NCBI GenBank assembly: GCA_050177075.1
Contig: JBFXHL010000004.1
Span: 1-53,233, forward strand
Source of the DNA: Sulfuricellaceae bacterium
GTDB lineage: Bacteria; Pseudomonadota; Gammaproteobacteria; Burkholderiales; UBA9220
DNA: 53,233 nucleotides
Direction: 5' to 3'
Shown here: positions 1 to 9,489 of the stretch, piece by piece
Layout: each line of letters starts with the position of its first letter
Numbering within the stretch: position 1 is the first letter of the stretch
Made by a program: the position numbers and the translations under genes
The notes under the pieces: model-generated
Databases searched by the model: none
What the model was told of the DNA's origin: nothing
The model's input: the letters and a program-made list of their open reading frames with translations, nothing else

Positions 1-1690
1 AACGTATATTGTCTACGCCGGTTCGTTCTATTTCCCGCTTCCATTCGGGAGCATCGTGGTTGCTTACCGCTAGGCAATCCCGCAGAAATTCTTGAATCAG
101 CTTCGGCGCGATTCGTCCAGACGCGAATCCGGCGGTGAACAGCCTTGCAAACTGTTCCAGAGTAACAGGAACGATTTGGAGGGCCATCTTCGAGTCATCG
201 GGCCTATACCAGAAGCCGATTCGCAGCGTTTCGGCGGTATTGGTATCAACCTTGTTGGCAATGAAAAGCCCGAATACTCGCTTTCCCGGATAACTTTCGA
301 CGATTCTCGCCACATGCCGACGCACGGACTCCCCTTCGGCAGCTTCTTGCCGGGAGTTATCCGTCAGCGTTACTTCAACAACCAGAACGAAGTCCTCAAA
401 CTCAAAAATCAGGTCCGGGCCATTCCCTGGAGCAGTGCCTACCGGCAGGAAGTCTTGATCGATTTTGAAGCGTCTGGCCTCGTAGGGCTTATTCTTGAGG
501 CTGTTAATAGCAAGAAAAGCCCGCCAGAGCACCCATTCGAAATAGGCTGGCGCTTCCGCTCGGGGGATTGCGATTTTTTCTTCGTTGGAGGGAGTTTTTT
601 TCGATTTGCCATGGTGAACCAAGAGGTTCATGTAAGCCGCAATTTCTTTCCATTCGTTGCTTTGTCGTGAAGCATATTCCTCTTCTTTTCGAGCGGACAA
701 AATCGCTTCCACTTCATGGCAAATGCTGCTTATGTCAGCGGGGGTAGCCAGTGAACGGCCGGTGATATCGAAGGCGATGCCATATTGCTTGAGTCTACCG
801 AGAAGATCATCCAAGACGGCCAACGCCGAATCTTTCTCATCTGTCGGAAGGGGGGCTCCTTCGCATAAAGTGGTGTAGTAGTCTTCATCCGACTCCGGGA
901 TGCGCCTGTCCTCGGCCAGCTTCTCGATGATGACACGCTTCTCTGGCACCAGGGCTATTCCTCGGCCCTTGCCTTGCACCAGACCCGTTGCTTTCAGGTA
1001 ACGGAAATTCGTGTCGGCATAATCGTTAAAGGTTTGAGGCGTGTAGTCATGAAGCTTGGATGCCGCGTCCAATTTCTGTCCATCGAATGTTCTCTTGTTG
1101 TCCGATTTGTCGCGGTGGCTACGCAGGTCCAGTATTTTGGCGATGATGTCGGAAAGCTTGTCTGCGCTGGTGGAAAGTTGGACCACAAGCGCCATTTCGA
1201 TGAAGTTCAGCCGATTTTCGCCCGTCTGCTTTTCCAGTTCCAGCATGACGGATAGGGTATGGCGCAAGGGCGAGAAGACGGGAAAGTCATAGTCCTTCTC
1301 AAAATCAGAGGGAATGTAGTAGGCGGCTAGGGAGCGCAAGAAACACTCCTGCATTGCCGGGACGGAATCGGCCTTGATAAGTCGCCAACCATTGGGAGTA
1401 ATCGTATCGAGAGCGCCCAGCGCCCCTTGCGAAAGGGTGGATGACTTCGAGACTGGTGGATATAGAAATCCGCGTCTATTCAGAGCGATGCGCCATTTCC
1501 GGCTAACGCTAAATGTCCTATCGCCGCCCAGTGTAACGATGCCTAATTCGCCCAGAAGGTTCCGAAACGCAACTTCCTGTTCTTGTCCCCGCAATCGCCC
1601 AGGCAAGGATGATTCAGAAAGAGCGACCAGTCCATCTCGAAGGCGGAATGGACTGCGGACGGTTGGGTTTTCCAAGTACCATGGTCTCAT
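1..1690 (-). CDS. Type IIS restriction endonuclease, AlwI/Nt.BstNBI-like (3' end runs off the window)
   Basis: Hand translation from the ATG at 1690 (MRPWYLENPTVRSPFRLRDGL...) stays open to position 1, so the ORF track missed it. It contains GNGPDLIFEFEDFVLVVEVTLTDNSRQEAAEGESVRRH, a PD..EVT..Q..E catalytic pattern of the AlwI/BstNBI type, and directly abuts the methyltransferase stop. Confidence 0.85.
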   Translation of the reverse strand, partial: MRPWYLENPTVRSPFRLRDGLVALSESSLPGRLRGQEQEVAFRNLLGELGIVTLGGDRTFSVSRKWRIALNRRGFLYPPVSKSSTLSQGALGALDTITPNGWRLIKADSVPAMQECFLRSLAAYYIPSDFEKDYDFPVFSPLRHTLSVMLELEKQTGENRLNFIEMALVVQLSTSADKLSDIIAKILDLRSHRDKSDNKRTFDGQKLDAASKLHDYTPQTFNDYADTNFRYLKATGLVQGKGRGIALVPEKRVIIEKLAEDRRIPESDEDYYTTLCEGAPLPTDEKDSALAVLDDLLGRLKQYGIAFDITGRSLATPADISSICHEVEAILSARKEEEYASRQSNEWKEIAAYMNLLVHHGKSKKTPSNEEKIAIPRAEAPAYFEWVLWRAFLAINSLKNKPYEARRFKIDQDFLPVGTAPGNGPDLIFEFEDFVLVVEVTLTDNSRQEAAEGESVRRHVARIVESYPGKRVFGLFIANKVDTNTAETLRIGFWYRPDDSKMALQIVPVTLEQFARLFTAGFASGRIAPKLIQEFLRDCLAVSNHDAPEWKREIERTGVDNIR

Positions 1691-3589
1691 TTAGAACCCC
1701 ACGAATAGGTACTCTTGAACATCGTTGTTGTTATCGCCTACCTTGTGCCTCTGAGTGCCAAACGAATATTTATAATCCACTGGCACGACTTCCACATGGC
1801 GTTTGTGCTTTGCCATTATGGACACCATTTCTTCAAGCGTCGGCTGGCTATTGGATGAATACGAAACAACCAAGACGCTTTCCCGGAATCGTTTGAAGAG
1901 AAGATCAAAGGCTTCCGCGGCCCCTTTCCGAGAAGAGAAGGGCGTAGGGTAGTTCTTGAATTTTTTGGTTGCCGTATGCTGCTGAATCTCTACGCCTTGC
2001 CAGTCTCGCGCAAGCCCTTCAACAAAGTGGTATCGGCGTACATATTCGTTGTCGGAAAACGGTGAATAGTATGGAGGATCGATGTAAACCAGGCCGCAGT
2101 CCTGTTCATGTACCGTCATTGCGTCATCGTTGCGCGCCCTGTTCTGCCGGCCATTATTGAAGACGGCGCCGTTTACCACTTCCACCGCTTCGAGGAATTG
2201 GTCACGGAAAGGCATCAACAGGTCTTTTCGGCCGTCATCGTAACGATGTCCAACATAAGTGAAAATGCCACGGGGGCGCTTTTTCAGGCATGCTCGAATG
2301 AGGGCGGTCATGGCAATTCCCTGCTTATAGGGATTTCTGATCGCCTTGATGTTGGCGCGCAATATGTCAATTAAACGGTTGTCGTCATCGCCAAAGTAGA
2401 GTCCCCGGAAAGTCGTTTCGACAAAGTGGTCCACCGGCTTGCTCGGTTCCAGCAGGGCTTCCGCTTCTTCGCGTGGGAGGATCACGTCGTTGTTCTCGAT
2501 CATCGCCTTGGCAAATGTCGCGGACATTGCCATGTAGTCGTTGCTTATTACCGCTTTCCCGTGGGCTTTCAACATGTAACTGACCACGCCCGATCCCGAA
2601 AAGAGATCAACGGCCGTATCGAATTCGAACTGCGAGATAACGGTCCATATCTCCGCGAGCAGCTTGTTTTTTGATCCCATGTAACGCGTGGGCGGGTATC
2701 GGAGCAATTGCGGTGGCAGAGAAGGGACCAGTTTCAAATTGATGCTTGGTTTTGGTGGAATCGTCACAATAACGTCCTCCCCGGCCCTGCCTTTCCCGTT
2801 GCAGGAAATATAACGCCTCGTTTTTACCGCTTCCCGCTCGAACCGGCTATACAACTCATGAACCAAGGGATGTTTGGAATTCGTAAGATGGACATGGCAT
2901 CCCAAGTCATGGAGCCGCTGTACTTCATTGGCCAACTCTACATGGTCTTCCTCGTAAAATTGCTCCTTGGTGTACCGTTTAAAATCGGCATATGCCGATA
3001 TTGGCAAATAGGGCGGGTCCAAGAACACAAAATCGCCAGGTAGCGCGTGCATTCTTAATACGTCTTTATAGTCCCCATGAATGATGGTTGTTTCTCGTAG
3101 AAGCGCGGAGGCTGCTCGCAGAGCTTCTTCATCCAAAATTTTTGGATTTTTGTATCTGCCGAAAGGCACATTGAATTGCCCCTTCCGGTTGACGCGATAG
3201 AGGCCGTTGAAACACGTCCGATTCAAAAAAATTGTCCTGGCGGCAGCTTCCGTCGGTGAAAGGCAAGTCCAGTCCAAGCCGCGGGCGGCGTAAAAAGCCT
3301 CTTCTGTGTTCTGATAGCTGGCAAGGGATTCGACGACGCCTTCAACGTCATCGGCTACAGCTCGATAAAGGTTGACCAACTCGGGGTTGCTGTCGGCGAC
3401 GACAGCTCCTCGGGGTTTCAGGGCAAAAAAAAGTGCCCCACCCCCAAAAAACGGTTCTATGTAACGGCCAAATTTCTTTGGGGTTTTGGCAAGCAATTCG
3501 TTAAGAAGCTGGGTTTTCCCTCCAGCCCATTTGAGCAAGGGTTTCGTTTCCTTGAGGAACGTTGCTTGGACTTGTTCCGTCGTTTTCAT
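1691..3589 (-). CDS. Fused double Dam-family (D12 class) N6-adenine DNA methyltransferase
   Basis: Two complete methyltransferase units: KWAGGK..EPFFGGGA..DPPY and RYMGSK..DLFSGSG..DPPY. This architecture is typical of type IIS systems with asymmetric sites. Confidence 0.93.
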   Translation of the reverse strand: MKTTEQVQATFLKETKPLLKWAGGKTQLLNELLAKTPKKFGRYIEPFFGGGALFFALKPRGAVVADSNPELVNLYRAVADDVEGVVESLASYQNTEEAFYAARGLDWTCLSPTEAAARTIFLNRTCFNGLYRVNRKGQFNVPFGRYKNPKILDEEALRAASALLRETTIIHGDYKDVLRMHALPGDFVFLDPPYLPISAYADFKRYTKEQFYEEDHVELANEVQRLHDLGCHVHLTNSKHPLVHELYSRFEREAVKTRRYISCNGKGRAGEDVIVTIPPKPSINLKLVPSLPPQLLRYPPTRYMGSKNKLLAEIWTVISQFEFDTAVDLFSGSGVVSYMLKAHGKAVISNDYMAMSATFAKAMIENNDVILPREEAEALLEPSKPVDHFVETTFRGLYFGDDDNRLIDILRANIKAIRNPYKQGIAMTALIRACLKKRPRGIFTYVGHRYDDGRKDLLMPFRDQFLEAVEVVNGAVFNNGRQNRARNDDAMTVHEQDCGLVYIDPPYYSPFSDNEYVRRYHFVEGLARDWQGVEIQQHTATKKFKNYPTPFSSRKGAAEAFDLLFKRFRESVLVVSYSSNSQPTLEEMVSIMAKHKRHVEVVPVDYKYSFGTQRHKVGDNNNDVQEYLFVGF

Positions 3590-3595
3590 TGGGTA

Positions 3596-4549
3596 CTAGT
3601 TCCCCGCCAGTATGCTCATTACCGCCATGCGCACCGCGATGCCGAAGGTGACCTGGGGCAGGATCACCGACTGCTTGCCGTCGGCCACCCCGGAGTCGAT
3701 TTCGATGCCCCGGTTCATGGGGCCGGGGTGCATGACGATGGCGTCGGGTTTGGCCCGGGAAAGTTTCTCGGCGGTGAGGCCGTAGTACTTGAAGAACTCC
3801 CCGGCGGAAGGCAGGAGGGCGCCGCGCATGCGCTCGTTCTGCAGGCGCAGCATCATCACCACGTCCACGTCCTTCAGGCCCTCGGCCATGTCGTGGTAGA
3901 CGTGGACCCCCAGTTGTTCCACGCTGGTGGGGAGCAGGGTCTTGGGGGCGATGACGCGGATTTCCGGCACCCCCAGCACGTTGAGGGCGTGAATCTCGGA
4001 CCGCGCCACCCGGGAGTGGAGGATGTCGCCGACGATGGCTACCCGCAGGCGGGTGAAGTCCTCCTTGTAGCGGCGGATGGTGAACACGTCCAGCAGGCCC
4101 TGGGTGGGGTGGGCGTGGCGGCCGTCGCCGGCGTTGACCACGTGGATGTGGGGCGCCACGTGGCGGGCGATGAGGTGGGCGGCGCCGCTCTGGGCGTGGC
4201 GCACCACGAACATGTCGGCCTGCATGGCGGAAAGGTTGTCCACCGTATCCAGCAGGGTCTCCCCCTTGGAGGTCGAGGACGAGCCGATGTTGAGGTTTAT
4301 GACGTCGGCGGACAGGCGCTTGGCGGCGATTTCGAAGGTGGTGCGGGTGCGGGTGCTGTTCTCGAAGAACAGGTTGAAAATCGCCTTGCCTCGCAGCAGC
4401 GGCACCTTCTTCACCTCTCGCTCCGCCACGGTGACGAAGGATTCGGCGGTGTTGAGGATATGGGTCAGGATGTCCCGGGGCAGTCCCTCGATGGAGAGCA
4501 GGTGGTGCAGTTCGCCGTTGGCGTTGAGCTGGGGGTTGTACTTCTTCAT
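3596..4549 (-). CDS. pyrB: Aspartate carbamoyltransferase catalytic subunit
   Basis: Motifs [16 protein letters not shown] and MHPGPMNRG. Confidence 0.98.
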   Translation of the reverse strand: MKKYNPQLNANGELHHLLSIEGLPRDILTHILNTAESFVTVAEREVKKVPLLRGKAIFNLFFENSTRTRTTFEIAAKRLSADVINLNIGSSSTSKGETLLDTVDNLSAMQADMFVVRHAQSGAAHLIARHVAPHIHVVNAGDGRHAHPTQGLLDVFTIRRYKEDFTRLRVAIVGDILHSRVARSEIHALNVLGVPEIRVIAPKTLLPTSVEQLGVHVYHDMAEGLKDVDVVMMLRLQNERMRGALLPSAGEFFKYYGLTAEKLSRAKPDAIVMHPGPMNRGIEIDSGVADGKQSVILPQVTFGIAVRMAVMSILAGN

Positions 4550-4553
4550 GGCG

Positions 4554-5057
4554 TCATTCCGTGGCGATGCCGTGGAGGCTCAGGTACAGCCTGCCGGAGC
4601 CGGTTTGGTTGAGCTGGATGTTCTGGTTGTGAGGCAAGGGGATGGTGGCGCCCACCACCTGGGCGGCGATGGGCAGCTCCCGCCCGCTCCGGTCCACCAG
4701 GGCCGCCAGCAGGATGCTCGCCGGGCGGCCGTAGTCGAACAGTTCGTTCATGGCGGCCCGCACCGTGCGGCCGGTGTAGAGCACGTCGTCCACCAGGATG
4801 ATGGCGCGGCCATCCACCTCGAAGGGGATGTGGGATGGCTCCACCTCCGGGTGCAGGCCGATCTGGCTGAAGTCGTCGCGGTAGAAGGAGATGTCCAGGG
4901 TGCCCAGGGGAATGGAGATGCCCAGCGTCTGGTGCAGGCGCTCGGCGAGCCAGGCGCCGCCGGTGCGGATGCCCACCAGGGCGGTTTCCGGCCCCACGTG
5001 GGGCTTGAGCTGTTCGGCCAGGGAGGCCAGCAGGTGTTCGGCGTCAGGCAGTTCCAT
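4554..5057 (-). CDS. pyrR: Pyrimidine regulatory protein / uracil phosphoribosyltransferase PyrR
   Basis: Motifs LDISFYRDD and [12 protein letters not shown]; upstream of pyrB. Confidence 0.96.
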   Translation of the reverse strand: MELPDAEHLLASLAEQLKPHVGPETALVGIRTGGAWLAERLHQTLGISIPLGTLDISFYRDDFSQIGLHPEVEPSHIPFEVDGRAIILVDDVLYTGRTVRAAMNELFDYGRPASILLAALVDRSGRELPIAAQVVGATIPLPHNQNIQLNQTGSGRLYLSLHGIATE

Positions 5058-5484
5058 GGGGCAGTCCGTCCAAATAGGTTTGCAGTATGCGTTGCGCCGC
5101 CACCTGGTCCAGCACCGGCTTCTGCTTCCTTCCCCGCAGGCCCGCCTGGTTCAGGTGTTCGCTGGCGTCGGCGGAAGACAGGCGCTCGTCCACCAGGGCC
5201 GTCTTGAGGCCGAAGCGGCCTTCCAGGCGGCGGGCGAAGCGGCGGCAGCGCTCACTCATTTCGTGTTCCGTGCCGTCCAGGTGGGCAGGCAGGCCCACCA
5301 CCAGCAGCACCGGCTGCCACTCGCCGATCAGGCGGGCGACGGCGCCGAATTTTACCTCGTTGCTTTCCCCCTGGATGGTTTCCAGGGGATGGGCGATGCG
5401 GATTTCCGTGTCGCCCACCGCGACGCCGATGCGTTTTTCCCCGTAATCGAAGGCGAGGATCGAGCCGCGAACCGGCTCAGGCAT
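5044..5484 (-). CDS. ruvX: RuvX/YqgF pre-16S rRNA nuclease
   Basis: Motifs [18 protein letters not shown] and VDERLSS. Confidence 0.96.
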   Translation of the reverse strand: MPEPVRGSILAFDYGEKRIGVAVGDTEIRIAHPLETIQGESNEVKFGAVARLIGEWQPVLLVVGLPAHLDGTEHEMSERCRRFARRLEGRFGLKTALVDERLSSADASEHLNQAGLRGRKQKPVLDQVAAQRILQTYLDGLPHGTA

Positions 5485-6037
5485 GGCCCGCCACGTCGGA
5501 AAGGGTGGCGAAATCGACGCCCAGCTTGGCCATGGCCGCCGCCAGGCGCTCCTCGTCCGGCAGGTCGAAAATCAGCTCCGGCGAGGCCGGCACCGTCAGC
5601 CACGCGTTCTGGGCCAGTTCCTGCTCCAGCTGCCCCGCCGACCAGCCGGCGTAGCCGAGGGAGACGAGGAATTTCTCCGGCCCGGTGCCTTCGCCAACGG
5701 CCAGGAGGATGTCCTTGGAGGTGGTGAGGCCGATGTCGTCACGGATGGTGAGGGTGGATTGCCACTTCCCCACCGGCTGGTGCAGCACGAAGCCCCGGTC
5801 CATCTGCACCGGGCCGCCGAAATGGACCTGCTCCCGGGCGTGCTTCTGCACGTGGAGGGGGATTTCGATCTGCTCGAAAAGACCCTCCAGGGTCATGTCG
5901 ATGGAGCGGTTGAGGACGATGCCCAGGGCGCCGTTCTCGTTGTGTTCGCAGATGTAGGTGAGGGACTTGGCGAAATAGGGGTCCGCCATGGCGGGCATGG
6001 CGATCAGGAAATGATGGGTGAGATCGACGCTTTCCAT
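5477..6037 (-). CDS. yqgE: YqgE/AlgH family protein
   Basis: Motifs FLIAMP, GGPVQ..RGFVLH and [13 protein letters not shown]. Confidence 0.96.
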   Translation of the reverse strand: MESVDLTHHFLIAMPAMADPYFAKSLTYICEHNENGALGIVLNRSIDMTLEGLFEQIEIPLHVQKHAREQVHFGGPVQMDRGFVLHQPVGKWQSTLTIRDDIGLTTSKDILLAVGEGTGPEKFLVSLGYAGWSAGQLEQELAQNAWLTVPASPELIFDLPDEERLAAAMAKLGVDFATLSDVAGHA

Positions 6038-6089
6038 AAGTTCGCTAATTATGGCATAGGGCGAGGGGGGAAAAAACCGCGCCGGCGTT

Positions 6090-6980
6090 TTACCGGGACT
6101 GCAGTTGGTCCGACTTGGTGAACATCCAGGTGCGGGTGATGCTGATCACGTCGTACTTGCTGCGGATGTCGGCGGAAAACGGGGCGTAGGGGGCGGCTAG
6201 GCGGACGATGCGCAGGGCGGCCTCGTCCAGCTCCTTGTGGCCGGAGGAGCGGTTGAGCTCGATGTCGCGCACGCTGCCGTCGGCGTTGATTTCCACCGTC
6301 AGCCGCAGGCTGCCGTAGAGCTTCTGGCGTTTGGCCTCCTCCGGGTAGTTGAGGTTGCCCACCTTTTCCACCTTCATGCGCCAGTCCTCCAGGTAGCGGG
6401 CGAGGACGTATTCCTGGGCACTGGCGCCGACGAAGGCCTTGCGCGGGCGCTTGTTGTAGGCGTCCATGTCCTTGTCGATCTGGGCCTGCAGGCGGGCGGC
6501 GTCGAAGCTGCTCTGGAGCAGGTCGGCGGCGTTCACCCGCGGGGAGGGGGAGCTCTTGCGGCTGGAGCGGGCCGTTTCCACCTTGTTGGCGGAGCGGATG
6601 TCGCTCGCCAGGCGGCGGGCCTGTTCTTCCAGTTCCTGCACCCGCTGCTGTTTGCGGGTCACGGCGGCGTCGCTCTTGCTGTCGTCCAGCACCGGCAGTG
6701 GGCTCTTGGCGTGGCGCTCCGTGTCCACCGTGCCGCCGCCCTCCAGGTTGGCCTGGGCGTAGGTGTCGGAATGGCTGGGACGGGTGGCGGACTTCTTGTT
6801 CACCAGCACCACGTCGATGGAGTGGGCGTCGGAGGGGGCGAATTTCGGCGTCGGCAGGCTGAAGCCGACACCGAACACCAGGAGCAGATGGAGGAAGAAC
6901 GACGCGACCAGCATCGTTTCGAAACGCTTGGCCGGGTCGAGGCGGGAGAAGAAGTCGCCGCGCGGCGGGGTCACAGTCAT
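6090..6980 (-). CDS. Energy transducer TonB family protein
   Basis: N-terminal transmembrane helix with SxxxH, and a TonB C-terminal domain ([17 protein letters not shown]). Confidence 0.85.
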   Translation of the reverse strand: MTVTPPRGDFFSRLDPAKRFETMLVASFFLHLLLVFGVGFSLPTPKFAPSDAHSIDVVLVNKKSATRPSHSDTYAQANLEGGGTVDTERHAKSPLPVLDDSKSDAAVTRKQQRVQELEEQARRLASDIRSANKVETARSSRKSSPSPRVNAADLLQSSFDAARLQAQIDKDMDAYNKRPRKAFVGASAQEYVLARYLEDWRMKVEKVGNLNYPEEAKRQKLYGSLRLTVEINADGSVRDIELNRSSGHKELDEAALRIVRLAAPYAPFSADIRSKYDVISITRTWMFTKSDQLQSR

Positions 6981-6997
6981 GCCCGGGATTTTACGGC

Positions 6998-8881
6998 TTA
7001 TTCTTCTTCGCTGTCATCCGCCTCTTCGGGAGCGGCTTCGCCGAGGGTTTCGCGGAATTTGCCCGCCAGCTCCAGGTCCAGCAGGTCGACGCCGGCCACG
7101 TCCAGCTTTACCTTGGTGCCGGGCGGCGTGTCGGGCAGGTCGTGGAGGCGGGTGACCAGGGGCAGGTTGGACAGACGGACGAGGTTTTCCTTCAGCACCG
7201 TGCCCTCGGCCTGGGCCACGGCTTCCTGCTGCAGCCACTTCAGGCTCCAGTAGCGCTCCATGGTGCGCTGGAAGTCGTTGTAGGCGGCGTAGGTGACCTC
7301 GAAGTCGCGCATGGCGGCGAACAGCTCGGCGCTGCGGGGGCCGTGGGGCGGCTCCTCGCCCCGCAGGAAGGCGATGAGCTGGCGCTGGTTCACCAGGTCC
7401 ACGTAGCGCCGCAGGGGGGAGCTGGACCACATATAGAGTTCCATCCCCATGCCCCGGTGGGGGGCGGGTGCGGTAGTGGTGCGCACCTTGCCCACGTCCT
7501 GGGCGCGGAACAGGGCCGTGACGCCGTTATCCGCCAGGAGCTTGGCCCAGGTGGAATTGACGCAAATCATCAGCTCCGACACCAGCTTGTCGATGGGGGT
7601 GCCCCGCTTGCGCTGGGTGATGGACACCCGTTCCCCCGTGACGACGAAGGTGAAGTCGTTGTGGAACACCTTGCCCGCGTCGGGGCGGCCCCGCCGCTCC
7701 TCCAGCTTGTCGGCGAAGTTCCACAGCAGCAGCAGATCGTCCCGGAAGGGGAAGTCGGGGACGCCGTTCCTCAGCGTGTCCTCGTTGAACAGGGGTTCCA
7801 GGGTGTCGTGGCGCAGGTTGGCGGCGATGGGCACCAATTCCGCGCGGCTGAAAGAGGATACGACGTCGAAGCTGTCCGGCGTCACTTCCAGGTACAGGGA
7901 CAGGGCGGGGCAGCGGCGGCCTTCCGCCAGGGTGAAGCGCTCGACGAAGCTGTCCGGCAGCATGGTGATCTTGTCCCCGGGCATGTACACCGTGGACAGT
8001 CGCGCCCGGGCCACCGCCTCGAGGGGCGACTGGGGCAGGATGCCGAGGCCGGGGGCGGCGATGTGGATGCCGATGCGCAGGTTGCCGTTGTCCAGGCGCT
8101 TCACCGAGAAGGCGTCGTCGATCTCGGTGGTGGCCGCGTCGTCGATGCTGAAGGCGGGGGTATCGCCCTCGGGCAGCTCGCCGGGCTCGGCATGGGGAAA
8201 CTCCCCTTCGAAGCGGTGGCCCCGGGGGAAGTGCTCCATCAGGAAGCGGGTGAAATGATAGTCCTTGGGCGAATCCAGGGCGCCGCAGCGCTGCAGCAGG
8301 CGCTGGGGGCTGAGTCCTGTTTCCTGGCAAGCCTGTTCCAGGGCCTTGTATTCGATGCTGTTCTTGTCCGGGCGGAAGAGCAGGCCGTGGACCAGGGGGG
8401 AGAATTCGGCGGGCAGTTCGAAACGCCCCAGCTTCTCGGCGTATTCGGCTTTCTTCAGCTCCTGCTGGCGTTTCTTTTCCTGCCCCGCCAGGGCGGCCTT
8501 GAGGTTCTCCTCCGGCGCCGCCTTGTAGCGGCCCTTGGCCTTCTTGTAGAAATACATCGGGTTGCCGTGGCACTTCAGGGCCACGGCGGCGCTTTCCACG
8601 GGCGAGGGGGCGTGGCCGTAGTAGTCCGCCGCCAGCTCCTGGAAGCCAAACTCCGCCTCGCCGCAGCACTCCCAGAGGAAATCGGTGTCGATGTCGGCGG
8701 CGAGCTTTTCCGCCTCCTCGACGAAGCCCGCCGCCGGCGGCGCGGCGAATTTCAGCAGCACGTTGCTGCTTTTGATCTTGGCGCGCTTGCCGTGGGGCGT
8801 TTCCACCTGGAGGGAGGTGTCGTTGTCGGCGAGGACGGTGGCGGCCTTGAGGGCGCCGTCCTCTTCGTAGAAAACGTTCAT
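6998..8881 (-). CDS. RNB-domain ribonuclease (RNase II family)
   Basis: Catalytic motif FSIDDAATTEIDDAFS and SSPLRRYVDLVNQ. Confidence 0.93.
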   Translation of the reverse strand: MNVFYEEDGALKAATVLADNDTSLQVETPHGKRAKIKSSNVLLKFAAPPAAGFVEEAEKLAADIDTDFLWECCGEAEFGFQELAADYYGHAPSPVESAAVALKCHGNPMYFYKKAKGRYKAAPEENLKAALAGQEKKRQQELKKAEYAEKLGRFELPAEFSPLVHGLLFRPDKNSIEYKALEQACQETGLSPQRLLQRCGALDSPKDYHFTRFLMEHFPRGHRFEGEFPHAEPGELPEGDTPAFSIDDAATTEIDDAFSVKRLDNGNLRIGIHIAAPGLGILPQSPLEAVARARLSTVYMPGDKITMLPDSFVERFTLAEGRRCPALSLYLEVTPDSFDVVSSFSRAELVPIAANLRHDTLEPLFNEDTLRNGVPDFPFRDDLLLLWNFADKLEERRGRPDAGKVFHNDFTFVVTGERVSITQRKRGTPIDKLVSELMICVNSTWAKLLADNGVTALFRAQDVGKVRTTTAPAPHRGMGMELYMWSSSPLRRYVDLVNQRQLIAFLRGEEPPHGPRSAELFAAMRDFEVTYAAYNDFQRTMERYWSLKWLQQEAVAQAEGTVLKENLVRLSNLPLVTRLHDLPDTPPGTKVKLDVAGVDLLDLELAGKFRETLGEAAPEEADDSEEE

Positions 8882-8922
8882 GGGGGGAGACTGCGGGATG
8901 CTGAAGAGGTGCGGATTTTACC

Positions 8923-9489
8923 TTAATCCGCCAGCCCGGCGAAGCGCAGAATGGTGCCGATGTGCTCGGGAAAGCTGGCAAAGCCGTGGTCGCCGCCCTC
9001 CACCACGATTTGCCGCGCCCCGGCGAACTTCTCCACCGCCCGGCGCCAGGGCAGGATTTCGTCGCCGGTCTCCACCAGCAGCAGGTAGCGCTCGGGGCGG
9101 GTGACGGCCACGTCCAAGGCGGCGAGCTGGGCGGCGTGCGCCTCGGTGAGCACCCACTCCTCGCCGGTGTAGAGATTCTTCTGGGGGCCGAGCCATTGGC
9201 GGGCCAGCTTGGGGGCGTCCACCGCCGGATTCACCAGCACCGCCTTCAGGCCCAGTTGCTCGGCGAGGAACAAGGCGTAGAAGCCACCCAGGGAGCTGCC
9301 CACCAGGGTGAGGTCGTCGCCGAGGGAAGAGGCCAGGCGCTCCGCCAGGGCGATGGCGCGGCGGGGCTCGTGGGGCAATTGGGGCACGAGCAGGCGGTCG
9401 GCAATGCCCCGCTCTCCCATGGCGGTGGCCAGTAGTTGGGCCTTGTGGGAGGCGGGGGCGCTGTTGAGGCCGTGGAGGTAGAGGATCAT
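8923..9489 (-). CDS. YqiA/YcfP family alpha/beta esterase
   Basis: YLHGLNS, nucleophile elbow GSSLGG, and GGDHGF. Confidence 0.92.
   Translation of the reverse strand: MILYLHGLNSAPASHKAQLLATAMGERGIADRLLVPQLPHEPRRAIALAERLASSLGDDLTLVGSSLGGFYALFLAEQLGLKAVLVNPAVDAPKLARQWLGPQKNLYTGEEWVLTEAHAAQLAALDVAVTRPERYLLLVETGDEILPWRRAVEKFAGARQIVVEGGDHGFASFPEHIGTILRFAGLAD

Noticed and set aside
161-200. Possible frameshift near the end of the endonuclease
   Set aside because: Re-reading shows the frame continues (DSKMALQIVPVTLEQF).
92-1896. Short ORFs listed over the first 1.9 kb
   Set aside because: All overlap the minus-strand endonuclease and methyltransferase genes.
3157-3168. TGCCGAAAGGCA repeat-like hairpin
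   Set aside because: It lies inside the methyltransferase gene and is explained by the conserved VPFG codons.
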